From Fibrobacter sp. (lineage in GTDB: Bacteria; Fibrobacterota; Fibrobacteria; Fibrobacterales; Fibrobacteraceae), in NCBI GenBank assembly GCA_017475045.1, contig JAFVGH010000128.1, positions 22,779-86,778 on the forward strand: a stretch of 64,000 nucleotides of DNA, in the 5' to 3' direction. Of this stretch, positions 1 to 9,788 are shown piece after piece. Each line of letters opens with the position of its first letter. The first letter of the stretch is position 1. Position numbers and translations under genes: made by a program. Below the pieces are notes generated by a model that was not told the origin of the DNA, searched no databases, and was given only the letters and a program-made list of their open reading frames with translations.

Positions 1-584
1 GCACCGCCGTCTCCGTAGCAGCCCAGAGGCTTGCTGGGGTAAAAACTGGTGATGGAAATGTCCCCGAAGGTGCAGGCCTTCTTGCCGTTCTGTATGGCTC
101 CGAAGGCCTGGGCGCTGTCTTCTAGAATCCAGAGGCCGTTCTCGTTGGCAATCTCTCGTAGTTTTTCGTAGGGGGCGCACTGCCCGAACAGGTTCACAGC
201 GATAATGCCTTTGGTCCTCGGGCCGGCGAGGCGTTTGACGCTTTCCGGATCGATTTGCAGGGTGCTCTTGTCGATGTCGGCAAAGAGGGGGATGCCTCTC
301 AGTTTCTGGACGCATTCCGCTGGGGCGATAAAGGTAAAGTCCGGAACGATGACCTGGTCCCCCGGTTCAAGCCCGAGAACCATCAAAGCAAGTTCTAGCG
401 CCTGGGTCCCGCTTCCGCAGGTTATGGTGTGGGCTGCTCCGCAGTAGCAGGACAGTTCCTCTTCTAGGGCCCGGACTTCGGCCCCGCCGATATAGCAACC
501 GCTGTCCAGAACGCGCTTTTCGACCGCTTCCAACTCTCTGCGGTAGGCGTCTCGCTGCGCGGTCAGGTTCACAAAGGGGATCAT
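1..584 (-). CDS. DegT/DnrJ/EryC1/StrS-family PLP sugar aminotransferase (3' end outside window)
   Basis: Manual translation from ATG at 584: MIPFVNLTAQRDAY...VLDSGCYIGG...GSGTQALELAL...GDQVIVPDFTFIA...ILEDSAQAFGA...TSFYPSKPLGCYGDGGA (PLP lysine motif). Absent from the ORF track because truncated. Confidence 0.9.
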   Translation of the reverse strand, partial: MIPFVNLTAQRDAYRRELEAVEKRVLDSGCYIGGAEVRALEEELSCYCGAAHTITCGSGTQALELALMVLGLEPGDQVIVPDFTFIAPAECVQKLRGIPLFADIDKSTLQIDPESVKRLAGPRTKGIIAVNLFGQCAPYEKLREIANENGLWILEDSAQAFGAIQNGKKACTFGDISITSFYPSKPLGCYGDGG

Positions 585-623
585 AATATGCGAAATTTAG
601 CTTTTTCTGCCCTTTTTAGGGGG

Positions 624-653
624 TTGACATTCTTTTTAAGTTTACTATCTTTG
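624..653 (+). promoter_or_regulatory. Putative sigma70-type promoter of rpsT
   Basis: TTGACA (624-629), 16-nt spacer, TATCTT (646-651), upstream of the GGAG SD and GTG at 695. Confidence 0.5.
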
Positions 654-694
654 AGCCAACAAATTTTAAGTAGGTTTTACCCGGAGATTAAAAG

Positions 695-955
695 GTGCCT
701 CAACACAAATCTTGCAAAAAGCGTCTGCGTCAGGCCGAAAAGGCCAACGCCATGAACCGTTCCGTCCGTTCCGCGATCCGTTCCAGCCTCAAGGTGATCC
801 GTACCGCCACCTCTAAAGAAGCTGCTCTCAAGGAAATGCCCAACCTGTTCAGCATGCTGGACAAGGCTGCCGCTAAGGGTCGTGCCGGTTTCTGCGCCAA
901 CCGCGCTGCAAACTACAAGGCCAAGGCCGCCAAGGTCATTAACGGCCTCGCCTAA
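695..955 (+). CDS. rpsT: 30S ribosomal protein S20
   Basis: 86-aa basic protein, (M)PQHKSCKKRLRQAEKANAMNRSVRSAIRS...LDKAAAKG...NRAANYKAK, typical S20 pattern. Confidence 0.95.
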   Translation: MPQHKSCKKRLRQAEKANAMNRSVRSAIRSSLKVIRTATSKEAALKEMPNLFSMLDKAAAKGRAGFCANRAANYKAKAAKVINGLA

Positions 956-978
956 TTGAATTAGTCAGGTGATTTAAG

Positions 979-1007
979 CCGGTGTGGAATCCCGCACCGG
1001 TGTTTTC
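979..1007 (+). terminator. Intrinsic terminator after rpsT
   Basis: Stem CCGGTGTGG / CCGCACCGG followed by TGTTTTCC. Confidence 0.6.
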
Positions 1008-1184
1008 CTGTTTTATAAAACTATGTAAACGATTGTTAACTTCGCCCAATCTGGAATATGCTTGTCCCCTAAACAATCTTATTTTTGACACTTGCTTTGG
1101 CTATGTTATATCTTTTTTACTAGATTATAATTCTGTATTATGTATTGGAAATGTTTGTAAATTGAAGGGTATCAGGGATTTGAA

Positions 1185-2132
1185 ATGTCTTCAATAAATT
1201 TTGCGACAAGAGAGATTAGTTGTAAGGTGGTGTACTACGGACCTGGTCTTAGTGGTAAGACTACGAACCTCCAGGTGATTCACCAGAAAATGCCCCAGGA
1301 TAAGCGCACGGACATGGTGTCCTTGGCAACCGAGGGCGACCGTACCCTCTTCTTTGACTTCCTTCCTCTGAATCTTGGCGATATCAAGGGCTTCAAGACC
1401 CGCTTCCAGCTTTATACTGTTCCCGGTCAGGTTTATTACAATAGTACCCGTAAGCTTGTGCTTCGCGGTGTAGACGGCATTGTGTTCGTGGCGGACTCCC
1501 AGCGTTCCCGTCAGGCCGAAAACCTAGAAAGCCTCCAGAACCTGAGGCAGAACCTCCAGGATTACGGCATGGATCTGGATGACATGCCTTTTGTGCTCCA
1601 GTACAACAAGCGCGACATGGAAAACGTGTTCTCGCTGGAAGAGCTGAATGCCGAACTGAATCCCCGTAATGTGCCCTTCTTCCCGGCTACGGCCCACAAT
1701 GGCAAGGGCGTGGTGACGACCCTCAAGACCATTGCCATGCTGGTGATTGAAAAGTTTAACGTGAAGCAGGGGTTCCTGCGCAAGGCCGCCGAGAGCGTGA
1801 ACAACACTGGTGTTCATGATGTGTCCTTGACCAAGGAAGGCGTGTCGGTAAAACAGGCCGCACCTAAGCCTCAGGTTCAACCCGAGGCTGCCGCTCCCTC
1901 TTCTCCGTTCAAGATGCCTTCTTTTGCGGCGAGACCGCCTGCAGGGGCGGTTCCGTCCGGTAATGCCGGTTCGGGCTTGTTCCAGAAGGGGGCGACTTCT
2001 TCGCCGTTCGGCCGCCCGCGTGCCGCCGCCACGGTTCCCCGTATGCCGACTTTTGGACGTGCGATGGAAAAGCCTCAGGAATCTGGAGACGACGAAATCG
2101 AATTGCGTCCTTATGTTCCTAAGAAGAAGTAG
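1185..2132 (+). CDS. mglA: MglA-family small Ras-like GTPase with ~120-aa Pro/Ala-rich C-terminal extension
   Basis: [55 protein letters not shown]: MglA signature motifs. Confidence 0.9.
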   Translation: MSSINFATREISCKVVYYGPGLSGKTTNLQVIHQKMPQDKRTDMVSLATEGDRTLFFDFLPLNLGDIKGFKTRFQLYTVPGQVYYNSTRKLVLRGVDGIVFVADSQRSRQAENLESLQNLRQNLQDYGMDLDDMPFVLQYNKRDMENVFSLEELNAELNPRNVPFFPATAHNGKGVVTTLKTIAMLVIEKFNVKQGFLRKAAESVNNTGVHDVSLTKEGVSVKQAAPKPQVQPEAAAPSSPFKMPSFAARPPAGAVPSGNAGSGLFQKGATSSPFGRPRAAATVPRMPTFGRAMEKPQESGDDEIELRPYVPKKK

Positions 2133-2143
2133 AGGAGTGTTTT

Positions 2144-2560
2144 ATGAGCGATTTTGCGATTTATTCCGATGACGTGGGCAAAGTCCGTCGCTTGATGGAA
2201 GCGTACCAGGCTAGCGTCAAGGCCGAATACATTGTCCTTTGCCACCGCGATGGTTCTATCATCGCCGAGGTGGGCTCCTTGGGTATCGATCCGACTCCTC
2301 TTGCTGTGCTGAGCACCGCTTCTTTTGACTCTGCCCGCCAGGTGGGAAACATGCTGGGCGGTGAGAACTTCCAGTCGGTGTCTTACTCCGGCGAAAGTCG
2401 CTCTGTTTACATCTCTCCTGTAGACCAGGCTCTGCTTCTGGTACAGGTTTTCCCGGGTTCTAGACTGCCTAACCGTATTGACGACTTCAACCGCCTGCTG
2501 GTGGAAAAACTGGTGGATGCGGTTCCCGCCTTTACCCAGAACACCAGTAAGCTTATCTAA
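2144..2560 (+). CDS. mglB: MglB-like roadblock/LC7 protein (cognate GAP of MglA)
   Basis: 138 aa; VLCHRDGSIIAEVG...LAVLSTASFDSARQVGNMLGGENF roadblock pattern; adjacent to mglA. Confidence 0.75.
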   Translation: MSDFAIYSDDVGKVRRLMEAYQASVKAEYIVLCHRDGSIIAEVGSLGIDPTPLAVLSTASFDSARQVGNMLGGENFQSVSYSGESRSVYISPVDQALLLVQVFPGSRLPNRIDDFNRLLVEKLVDAVPAFTQNTSKLI

Positions 2561-2571
2561 TCGAGGCTTTT

Positions 2572-3039
2572 GTGGCAGGAATTCCGCCACTGCGCAATAT
2601 CCGAAAGACGACGGTCATCTTGGCTGTGGTCTTGCTTGCGTTCCTGGTGCACCGTACGGTTGCCTATCTTTCTACGGACGATTCCATCAAGGATGCGGGA
2701 AACACGGAACTTTCTCTAGCGCAGGGGACGGTGTGTAGGCATATCGTCAAGGAGACTCCCTTCGGCGCGGACTCTGTTTTCGAGGAAGGCTCCAGACTTT
2801 ACTTTTATACGACAATCTCTTCGACTTTGAAAGATAGGGATGATACCCTTTGGCATGTCTGGTATCATGGTATGGACACGGTGCAGGTTTTGCCTTGTAA
2901 TCTTAAGAAGGATTCCGAGGCCTGTATTACGGAAATATCGCCCACGATGTTGAAGCCCGGCGAGTGGAGCGTTGACTTGATTTCTGGCCGAAAGCTTCTG
3001 TACAGCCGACAGTTTGTGATAGATTCTACAAGTAGGTAG
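2572..3039 (+). CDS. Membrane-anchored DUF2914-like Ig-fold protein
   Basis: N-terminal TM helix; CRHIVKETP...LYFYTTI...LWHVWY...GEWSVDL pattern resembles DUF2914. Confidence 0.55.
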   Translation: MAGIPPLRNIRKTTVILAVVLLAFLVHRTVAYLSTDDSIKDAGNTELSLAQGTVCRHIVKETPFGADSVFEEGSRLYFYTTISSTLKDRDDTLWHVWYHGMDTVQVLPCNLKKDSEACITEISPTMLKPGEWSVDLISGRKLLYSRQFVIDSTSR

Positions 3040-3044
3040 CTCCC

Positions 3045-5927
3045 ATGCGCAAAGGCACTTGGCTAAAAGTGTTTTGGGGGATGCTTTTGTGCAGTCGGGC
3101 CTTTGCCTTGAATATGGATTCTATTCCCGTGTGGAATCCGGATTATCTTGTACATAGTAACGATTTGCGTGTGTTGGAAGATGGCTCACGCGATGATGTG
3201 TCGAAGTCTTCTAGCCTTTCGACCCATGGATATAAGACCATGCAGGTGACGGTGGGTGATGGCGGCACCCAGGTGGATCAGGAGCTACGCCTTTCTATAC
3301 AAGGCTTTGTAGGGGACAGCGTGTATATCGATGCGCTGCTCTCCGATGTGGATCGACGTGCCGGTGACCAGACTACGGCTACCTTGCAGGAAGTAGATCA
3401 GATTTATTTCCGTGCTGAATCAAGGCATTGGATGGTACATCTGGGGGATCTGATTTGGCGGGACCGCAACATGGGACTGTTTGGCTTGGAACGTGCAAGC
3501 TTGGGTGCCATGGTCGGCCTGCGAGGCGGCTATACCGAAGTGCGCGGTGTGGCGGGCACAGACGAGACTAACCGCATTGTCCGCGTGATGAACGGCGTGA
3601 GTGGCCAGCGGGAGGGCTATTCTATCAGTGATGACGGAAGTTACCTTTCTGTGGTGCCAGGGTCTGAACGTGTGTTCTTGAACGGGAATTTACTTACCGC
3701 CGGTATAGATTACGAGGTGAACTATGCGGGAGGACTTCTGGATTTCAAGGGTCGGAGGAACCCTGGCCCTGATGACGAAATCCGCATAGAATACGATGCC
3801 TATAACGATGGCGATATTTACAACATGTATGCGGCTCACGGAGCTTACCGGCATCCGAACCTGTACCTGGATGTATCGGGATTCCGTTTGGAAAACGATC
3901 GCGACCGCATGAAACGCGGCCTCTGGACCGATGAAGATTACCGGATGCTGAAACATGACGATGGAAGTGAATTTGTCCGGGATGATTCTCTGGGAGTACT
4001 TCGTAGGCTCGAAAGGACAGACCGCGCTGGCGCACGGCTTCGCTTCCAGGGAGACAGGCGTTTCTATGCGGACCTGGAAATGGCTATTAGCAGGCGGGAT
4101 TCCAACACCTTGTCGAGACAGGTGGATGGGCCGGAAGGTTACGGCTACCGTTGGTATGTAACATCCGATTCGTCGGAAAATATGCAGAAGTTTCCTTTGG
4201 CTTTTTCCGTATACGGGAATTACATCCAGGAAGAATTTGGCATAACGGAATTTCAGGGCTCGGACAAGGATTGGGATAGCTTTAGGCTTTTGGACGAGTG
4301 GGATTTGGATAGTGCCGCTCTCGAAGGTGGCGACCTGCGCCACGATGAATTCGGTATGCGGTTCAGGTTGGCGACGGGCTGGTTTATCCATAGCAATTGG
4401 GGATATCGGCAGGGTGAAAAGGAAGAGTGGAATTCCTCCCGTGCAAAAGTAAGTTTGGTTCACAAGTCCAGTTTTGTGAAAAGCGACGTGGGGCTTGCCC
4501 GGGTCGGGAGTTTCCAGGAGCAGGAACGGGAACGTTACCAAATTTTTGGGAACTCTGAGTTTTTAAGGGGAATGTGGCGCCCCTTTGGAAACTTTGACTT
4601 CCGTTATACGGAGTCCGATTCTGTTGGAACGGAAAACCAGGTGGCCTACGGAAAGACGGGGGCTGGAATCTTGATGGTGGGAGATTCCTGGAATGTGAGC
4701 GAAGGAACTGAGACAAAGGCTGCTAAACGTAAAGGTGATTCTTTTGGCCATGATTGGGGGGATTCGCTACAGTCTATCGCCTGGATCCAGAGTGCAGCCT
4801 GGCAGAGCCGTTATGCCCAGCTGGATCATTTCTTGCAGTACGAACGCCGCAGTGAGAACGGCCTTAGTGCTGAGAATAGCTGGGTGGGGGACTTCCGGGG
4901 AACCTTCGGTCACGACGATATAGGCTTTTTGACAAGCGTGGATTACAAGCTTGGTCTTACGGAAGAACAGACCTACACGCCCATTTACAAGGCGGTGGCC
5001 AAGGGTACGGGAGATGTCCGTTACGATAGCTTGACCGGAGCCTTTATCGAAGGTGTGGATAACGGTGATTTTGTTTACGAAGGTATGGGCCGTAATGATT
5101 CTCTTGGGGCGATTCTTGCATCCAATGCGGCGTTTCGCATGGATATAGACTGGAGTCCGGGCGTGTCCTTGGGAATCCACCGTGGAATTTTGCGGGACAT
5201 CTCTCTGGGCGGAACCTTTGACGGGCTGGGCGAGGACACTACCGGCAAGAGAATCTATTTCCCGCCGGCCACGCCCTCGCAGTTGCGGGACATTTCTTCG
5301 GGAACGGTCAGTTACGAACTTCGGGGAACCTGGGCACACCCGCGGGGGATTACCTTTACTTATAAGCCTGGTGCCGATTACGATAAGAAGCTCAGTTCCA
5401 TCAGTTATTTTGAAACGCGCTTCCATCATCTGCTAGATGCGGGTTTCCAGATGAATGATGCCCACTTTATAGGGGCGACCTTGCTTCTGGAAGATGTGGA
5501 ACTGAAAGCCCTGCAAGTTCTGGACTGGGATACCCGGGACATTTCGGGCCGTTACCGCTATGATTTCTGGAACGGTTTCTTTGTACAGCCCGGGGGCCGT
5601 TACCGCACTGGCGAAGGCGAAGACGACATGGACTATTCCTTCGATGCTTACCTGTGGGAAGGTTCCTTGCGCTTGGGCTATAATCGCAGAGATATGGTGG
5701 ACGGTTTTGTTCAGTTTTCAGTAATCCAGATGGAAAGCGGCGATGACCTGATTCCCTACCAGATGATGGACGGTTACAGCGATGGGCGTACCTATCGACT
5801 GGAATCTTCTGTTTCTGTGGATGTGAATGACTTTATTTCTTGCGGACTCCGTTATGTGCTTAGGTTTGGCGATGCCGAGGAGAATATTTTCCAGAAATTC
5901 ACCACCGAAGCGAGGGCGTATTTCTAA
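3045..5927 (+). CDS. Large secreted outer-membrane beta-barrel protein with an SprA-like segment, function unknown
   Basis: Signal peptide; 960 aa rich in amphipathic beta strands; C-terminal ...EARAYF; SERVFLNGNLLTAGIDYEVNYAGGLLDF recalls a segment of SprA-type proteins. Confidence 0.6.
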   Translation: MRKGTWLKVFWGMLLCSRAFALNMDSIPVWNPDYLVHSNDLRVLEDGSRDDVSKSSSLSTHGYKTMQVTVGDGGTQVDQELRLSIQGFVGDSVYIDALLSDVDRRAGDQTTATLQEVDQIYFRAESRHWMVHLGDLIWRDRNMGLFGLERASLGAMVGLRGGYTEVRGVAGTDETNRIVRVMNGVSGQREGYSISDDGSYLSVVPGSERVFLNGNLLTAGIDYEVNYAGGLLDFKGRRNPGPDDEIRIEYDAYNDGDIYNMYAAHGAYRHPNLYLDVSGFRLENDRDRMKRGLWTDEDYRMLKHDDGSEFVRDDSLGVLRRLERTDRAGARLRFQGDRRFYADLEMAISRRDSNTLSRQVDGPEGYGYRWYVTSDSSENMQKFPLAFSVYGNYIQEEFGITEFQGSDKDWDSFRLLDEWDLDSAALEGGDLRHDEFGMRFRLATGWFIHSNWGYRQGEKEEWNSSRAKVSLVHKSSFVKSDVGLARVGSFQEQERERYQIFGNSEFLRGMWRPFGNFDFRYTESDSVGTENQVAYGKTGAGILMVGDSWNVSEGTETKAAKRKGDSFGHDWGDSLQSIAWIQSAAWQSRYAQLDHFLQYERRSENGLSAENSWVGDFRGTFGHDDIGFLTSVDYKLGLTEEQTYTPIYKAVAKGTGDVRYDSLTGAFIEGVDNGDFVYEGMGRNDSLGAILASNAAFRMDIDWSPGVSLGIHRGILRDISLGGTFDGLGEDTTGKRIYFPPATPSQLRDISSGTVSYELRGTWAHPRGITFTYKPGADYDKKLSSISYFETRFHHLLDAGFQMNDAHFIGATLLLEDVELKALQVLDWDTRDISGRYRYDFWNGFFVQPGGRYRTGEGEDDMDYSFDAYLWEGSLRLGYNRRDMVDGFVQFSVIQMESGDDLIPYQMMDGYSDGRTYRLESSVSVDVNDFISCGLRYVLRFGDAEENIFQKFTTEARAYF

Positions 5928-5939
5928 GGTGTGTAGTGT

Positions 5940-7409
5940 GTGATGTGTGGTGTGAGATGTAAAATAGGCGTGCTGGTACTGCTTGTATTGGCTCTGCTAA
6001 CTTCTTCCTTTGCGGGGGAGGCGTCTTTGTGCCGTATCCACAAGGTGGTTTGGGTAGGGGAACATTCCGCTTATGACGAAGCCCACTTGAATCTCGTGGA
6101 GGGCTCCCCCTGCGACGCCTGGAAAGTTGCGGCGGCACGTCTTGCCCGCCATTACGAAGACCAGGGCTTTGCCGCCGTCCAGGTTGTGGGAAAGATGCAT
6201 TATGGCATGGGTGGTGTTTCGGGAACAGATTCCTTGGGCGTTTTGATGGTGGAACTGAAACGGGGGGCAGGCTATGTGTGGGCCGGTGCCGAGAACCTGG
6301 ATTCGTCGGGAACAGAAACCAATGTGTTCCGGAGGCTCAGCGGAATCGAGGAGGGGGCTCCCGTATCCCTGACGGACCTGGAACGCTCGGAACGTAAGCT
6401 TGCACGTCTCGGGTATTTTGAGCAGACCGCCCCGGTACGGCTTTTCCGTGATCCTGCGAGAAACAAGCTGGTGCCTGCGTTCAGCATGAAGGCCGCCCGC
6501 AATTCCGAAGCGGAGGGTCTCTTGACCTATTCTAGCGAGGACAACCTGTGGGAAGGCCAGGTGAACGTAAAGCTCTACAATATTCTTGGAACTGCCAGGG
6601 ACTTGACGTTGGAAGGCTTCACTGGTGAGAATGCCCGTCACCTGAATTTCATGTATAAGGAGCCTTGGATTTTTGGCTCGCCCTGGAATGTTGTTCTGCG
6701 TGGGCTTTTTGACGAGGAAATTTATTCGGTGGAGTCGGATTCCCTAGACGGAAAAATGAAGGATGTGACGGAGCGTGTCGCCATGGGTGAGATTGGCCTG
6801 ACCCGAGATATCGGCTTTGATTGGACTATCGGGATTTTCTTCGGTATGAGCGAAGATGACAAGCATTCCACCTTTGAACTGTCCTATGTATCTTTGGACA
6901 GGTTTGTGCTTCCGAGAAGAGGACTCAAGCTGCAGGGCTCTGCCACTTGGAAAATGGATCGCCCCGATTCTCTGGATAATTACCTGGAAAGTCATGGGAA
7001 GTTGCTCTCCTATTACCCGCTGTTCGGGAATTTCATTACCCGCTTTACAGGCGCTGCCGGTGGAATATTCCCCACGGACGCTAGCCTGAAACGTTCTGAC
7101 TATTTTGCGCTGGGCGGTATGGATAGCTTCAAGGGCATGGGGTATCGCTTTATGCGGAGCCGGGCCTACGGGTTCTCGGAACTGGCCCTCTTGTGGCAGG
7201 ACGGCTATAACCTGAGTATTGAGGCGTTTTACCAGCCGGGGCTATACAGGGGCTTTATACCGGAACATGGCTGGAAACGGGAACAGGATTACGGCATCGC
7301 CTTTACGCAGTATCGCGGCAATTGGAGTATCAACTTATACTATGCTCTAAGAAATGGCGAGAATTACTTAGACGGGATAATTGGATTTGGATTGAAAACA
7401 TTGTTCTAA
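5940..7409 (+). CDS. Omp85 (BamA/TamA-like) family outer-membrane protein
   Basis: POTRA-like LARHYEDQGF and LERSERKLARLGYF; NILGTARDL barrel start; FALGGMDSFKG (degenerate VRGY loop); C-terminal Phe. Confidence 0.7.
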   Translation: MMCGVRCKIGVLVLLVLALLTSSFAGEASLCRIHKVVWVGEHSAYDEAHLNLVEGSPCDAWKVAAARLARHYEDQGFAAVQVVGKMHYGMGGVSGTDSLGVLMVELKRGAGYVWAGAENLDSSGTETNVFRRLSGIEEGAPVSLTDLERSERKLARLGYFEQTAPVRLFRDPARNKLVPAFSMKAARNSEAEGLLTYSSEDNLWEGQVNVKLYNILGTARDLTLEGFTGENARHLNFMYKEPWIFGSPWNVVLRGLFDEEIYSVESDSLDGKMKDVTERVAMGEIGLTRDIGFDWTIGIFFGMSEDDKHSTFELSYVSLDRFVLPRRGLKLQGSATWKMDRPDSLDNYLESHGKLLSYYPLFGNFITRFTGAAGGIFPTDASLKRSDYFALGGMDSFKGMGYRFMRSRAYGFSELALLWQDGYNLSIEAFYQPGLYRGFIPEHGWKREQDYGIAFTQYRGNWSINLYYALRNGENYLDGIIGFGLKTLF

Positions 7410-7480
7410 GGGTTCAACCAGAGTTATCCGGAAAGATTATTTTTTATACTTGAATTTCTAGGAATAAAAGGATTTGTTCG

Positions 7481-8473
7481 ATGATTGTATCTTGGATGAC
7501 CACCAACAAGTGTAACCTGACCTGCAAACACTGCTATCAGGATGCCGGCGAAAACAAGTCGGCCGAACTTACGACGGCAGAAGCGTTGAAATTGATTGAC
7601 GAGATTGCCAAGGCTGGATTCAAGATTATGATCTTTAGCGGTGGCGAGCCTATGACCCGCCCGGACATTGTGGAACTGGTGACCCATGCCGCAAGTAAGG
7701 GGCTTCGTCCGGTTTTTGGAACCAATGGTACGCTCATTACCCACGATTTGGCCTTTAGGCTGAAGGCCGCCGGTGCCATGGCCATGGGTATCAGTATCGA
7801 CAGCATCGACCCGAAACGACACAACGATTTTCGAGGACTGCCCAACGCTTTCGAACTCACTATGGCAGGTATCGAAAACTGCAAGGCGGCAGGGCTTCCG
7901 TTCCAGATTCACACCACCATCATGGACTGGAACCAGGGCGAAATCTTGGATATTATGGACTGGGTCAAGGAAATCGGTGCCGTAAACCACCAGATATTCT
8001 TCCTCATTCCCGTAGGCCGCGGAAAAGAAATTGAAGATCACGCCCTCCGCGTCGCCGAATACGAGGGGCTGCTCCGCAAGATAATGGAAAAGAGTCGCAC
8101 ATTGGGCATTCCTGTGAAGCCCACCTGCGCACCCCAGTTCCTGCGCATTGCGGACCAGCTGGATATCAAGACCCGTTACAGTCGTGGATGCCTCGCCGGT
8201 TTGGACTACTGCATCGTGAGCCCCATCGGCAAGGTGCGCCCCTGCGCCTATATGCTAGAAGAAGCGGGTGATGTTCACGACACGCCTTTTGATGAAATTT
8301 GGGCCAATGCAGAGGTCTTTAAGAAGCTCCGTACCAAGGCCTATGCCGGTGCTTGTGGCAAGTGCAAGTTCAACGACCGTTGTGGTGGATGCCGCGCAAG
8401 AGCTGCCTATTACCACGATGGCGACTTTATGCAAGAAGACAGCTACTGTGCCTATGGTCGCGGCTTGAAGTAA
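7481..8473 (+). CDS. ahbD: Radical SAM/SPASM heme synthase of the alternative heme pathway (AhbD / NirJ2-type)
   Basis: MIVSWMTTNKCNLTCKHCY (CX3CX2C), FSGGEP, PTCAPQFLRI, GCLAG...PCAY, CGKC...CGGCRARA SPASM motif. Confidence 0.75.
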   Translation: MIVSWMTTNKCNLTCKHCYQDAGENKSAELTTAEALKLIDEIAKAGFKIMIFSGGEPMTRPDIVELVTHAASKGLRPVFGTNGTLITHDLAFRLKAAGAMAMGISIDSIDPKRHNDFRGLPNAFELTMAGIENCKAAGLPFQIHTTIMDWNQGEILDIMDWVKEIGAVNHQIFFLIPVGRGKEIEDHALRVAEYEGLLRKIMEKSRTLGIPVKPTCAPQFLRIADQLDIKTRYSRGCLAGLDYCIVSPIGKVRPCAYMLEEAGDVHDTPFDEIWANAEVFKKLRTKAYAGACGKCKFNDRCGGCRARAAYYHDGDFMQEDSYCAYGRGLK

Positions 8474-8477
8474 TTGC

Positions 8478-9788
8478 TTAGCCTTTGATTTTTACGCCTA
8501 ATCTGTTCAGCCTGTTGTAGAGGGCTGTGCGGAGCATGCCCAGGCGTTCTGCCGTGAGGCTTACAGAGCCGCCGTTCTTGGCGATGGCGTTGGTTAGGAA
8601 TTGTCGTTCTTGTTCCAGCAGGTATTCCCGAAACTCGTCGTAGGTGTTGCAGAAGGCGGCGCCCGAAGGGGATTTTTCCTGGTAAAGGCCTTCGTCGATT
8701 TGAAGGTCTTCAGGTTTTAAAAATCCCGGGTTTGCAAAGCATAGCGCCCGCTGGATAACGTTTTCCAGTTCGCGGATATTGCCTGGCCACTGGTGGGCCT
8801 GTAGTTTTTTCAGGGCCTCCGGCGACATGATGAAGTTCTCGCCCTGTGGAGCGTATTGCTTGATAAAGTAGTTTGCCAGGTCCTCGATATCTTCCTTGCG
8901 GCTCCGCAGGGGGAGAATCTGGATGGGAATCACGTTTAGGCGGTAGTAAAGGTCTTCGCGGAAACGTCCCTTGCGGATTTCTTCGCTCAGATCCCGGTTG
9001 GTGGCGGCAATGATACGCACATCCACATGGCGGGTCTTGTTGGCACCGATGGGCCGGATTTCCCGGTTCTGGATGACACGCAAGAGCTTTACCTGGGCAT
9101 GTAGCGGCATGTCGCCGATTTCGTCCAAGAAGATGGCGCCGCCGTTGGCTTCTTCGAACAGCCCGATGCGTTCGTTCTGGGCGCCGGTAAAGGCTCCGCG
9201 GGTGTGTCCGAAAAGTTCGCTCTCGAAAAGGGCGTCGGGAATGGCGCTGCAATTCACGGTCACAAACCGCTCGTACATGCAGGCAATGGCTCTGGCCACA
9301 AGATCCTTGCCTACGCCGGATTCCCCCTGGATAAGGACCGGTCCCGAATGGAGGATGGTCCGTTCCACCGTTTTGCGCAAGGCGTCCATGGCTGGGCTTT
9401 TTCCGACCAGGTGGCTCATGCGCTCCCTGAAAATCATCTTGGCGCTGTAGATATCCTTCAGCCTGAGGATTTTGCTCATCAGGTGGAGCTTCAGGGACTC
9501 TACCGACAAGATAATGTCGTAGAGGTTGTTGGGGATGGAGATGAACTTTTCGGGATCCTCGGCATAGACGAGGATCATGGTGTTCGGTCTTTCAAGACGG
9601 ATGGCCGTCAGGGCCTCTACGTTACACTGGACAAAGGAATCCAGGTCCCAGACGATGATGGGTGAGGTGACCTGGTCGGCCTTACTCCAGGCAGTAAAGG
9701 TTTCCAGCTCGTAGTTCACGGAAGAAAGCACATCCTGGATAAAGGCGGATGTGTCGGTTTCGTGGGAGAATAGCTGGATGGAGGACAA
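8478..9788 (-). CDS. Sigma54-dependent enhancer-binding transcriptional regulator
   Basis: GESGVGKD, ESELFGHTRGAFTGA, FLDEIGDM, FREDLYYRLNV, WPGNIRELEN, Fis-type HTH; degenerate receiver-like N-terminus; TTG start abuts the proC stop. Confidence 0.9.
   Translation of the reverse strand: MSSIQLFSHETDTSAFIQDVLSSVNYELETFTAWSKADQVTSPIIVWDLDSFVQCNVEALTAIRLERPNTMILVYAEDPEKFISIPNNLYDIILSVESLKLHLMSKILRLKDIYSAKMIFRERMSHLVGKSPAMDALRKTVERTILHSGPVLIQGESGVGKDLVARAIACMYERFVTVNCSAIPDALFESELFGHTRGAFTGAQNERIGLFEEANGGAIFLDEIGDMPLHAQVKLLRVIQNREIRPIGANKTRHVDVRIIAATNRDLSEEIRKGRFREDLYYRLNVIPIQILPLRSRKEDIEDLANYFIKQYAPQGENFIMSPEALKKLQAHQWPGNIRELENVIQRALCFANPGFLKPEDLQIDEGLYQEKSPSGAAFCNTYDEFREYLLEQERQFLTNAIAKNGGSVSLTAERLGMLRTALYNRLNRLGVKIKG

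Noticed and set aside
982-1197. 71-aa ORF between rpsT and mglA
   Set aside because: Begins inside the terminator hairpin and covers AT-rich promoter-like DNA.
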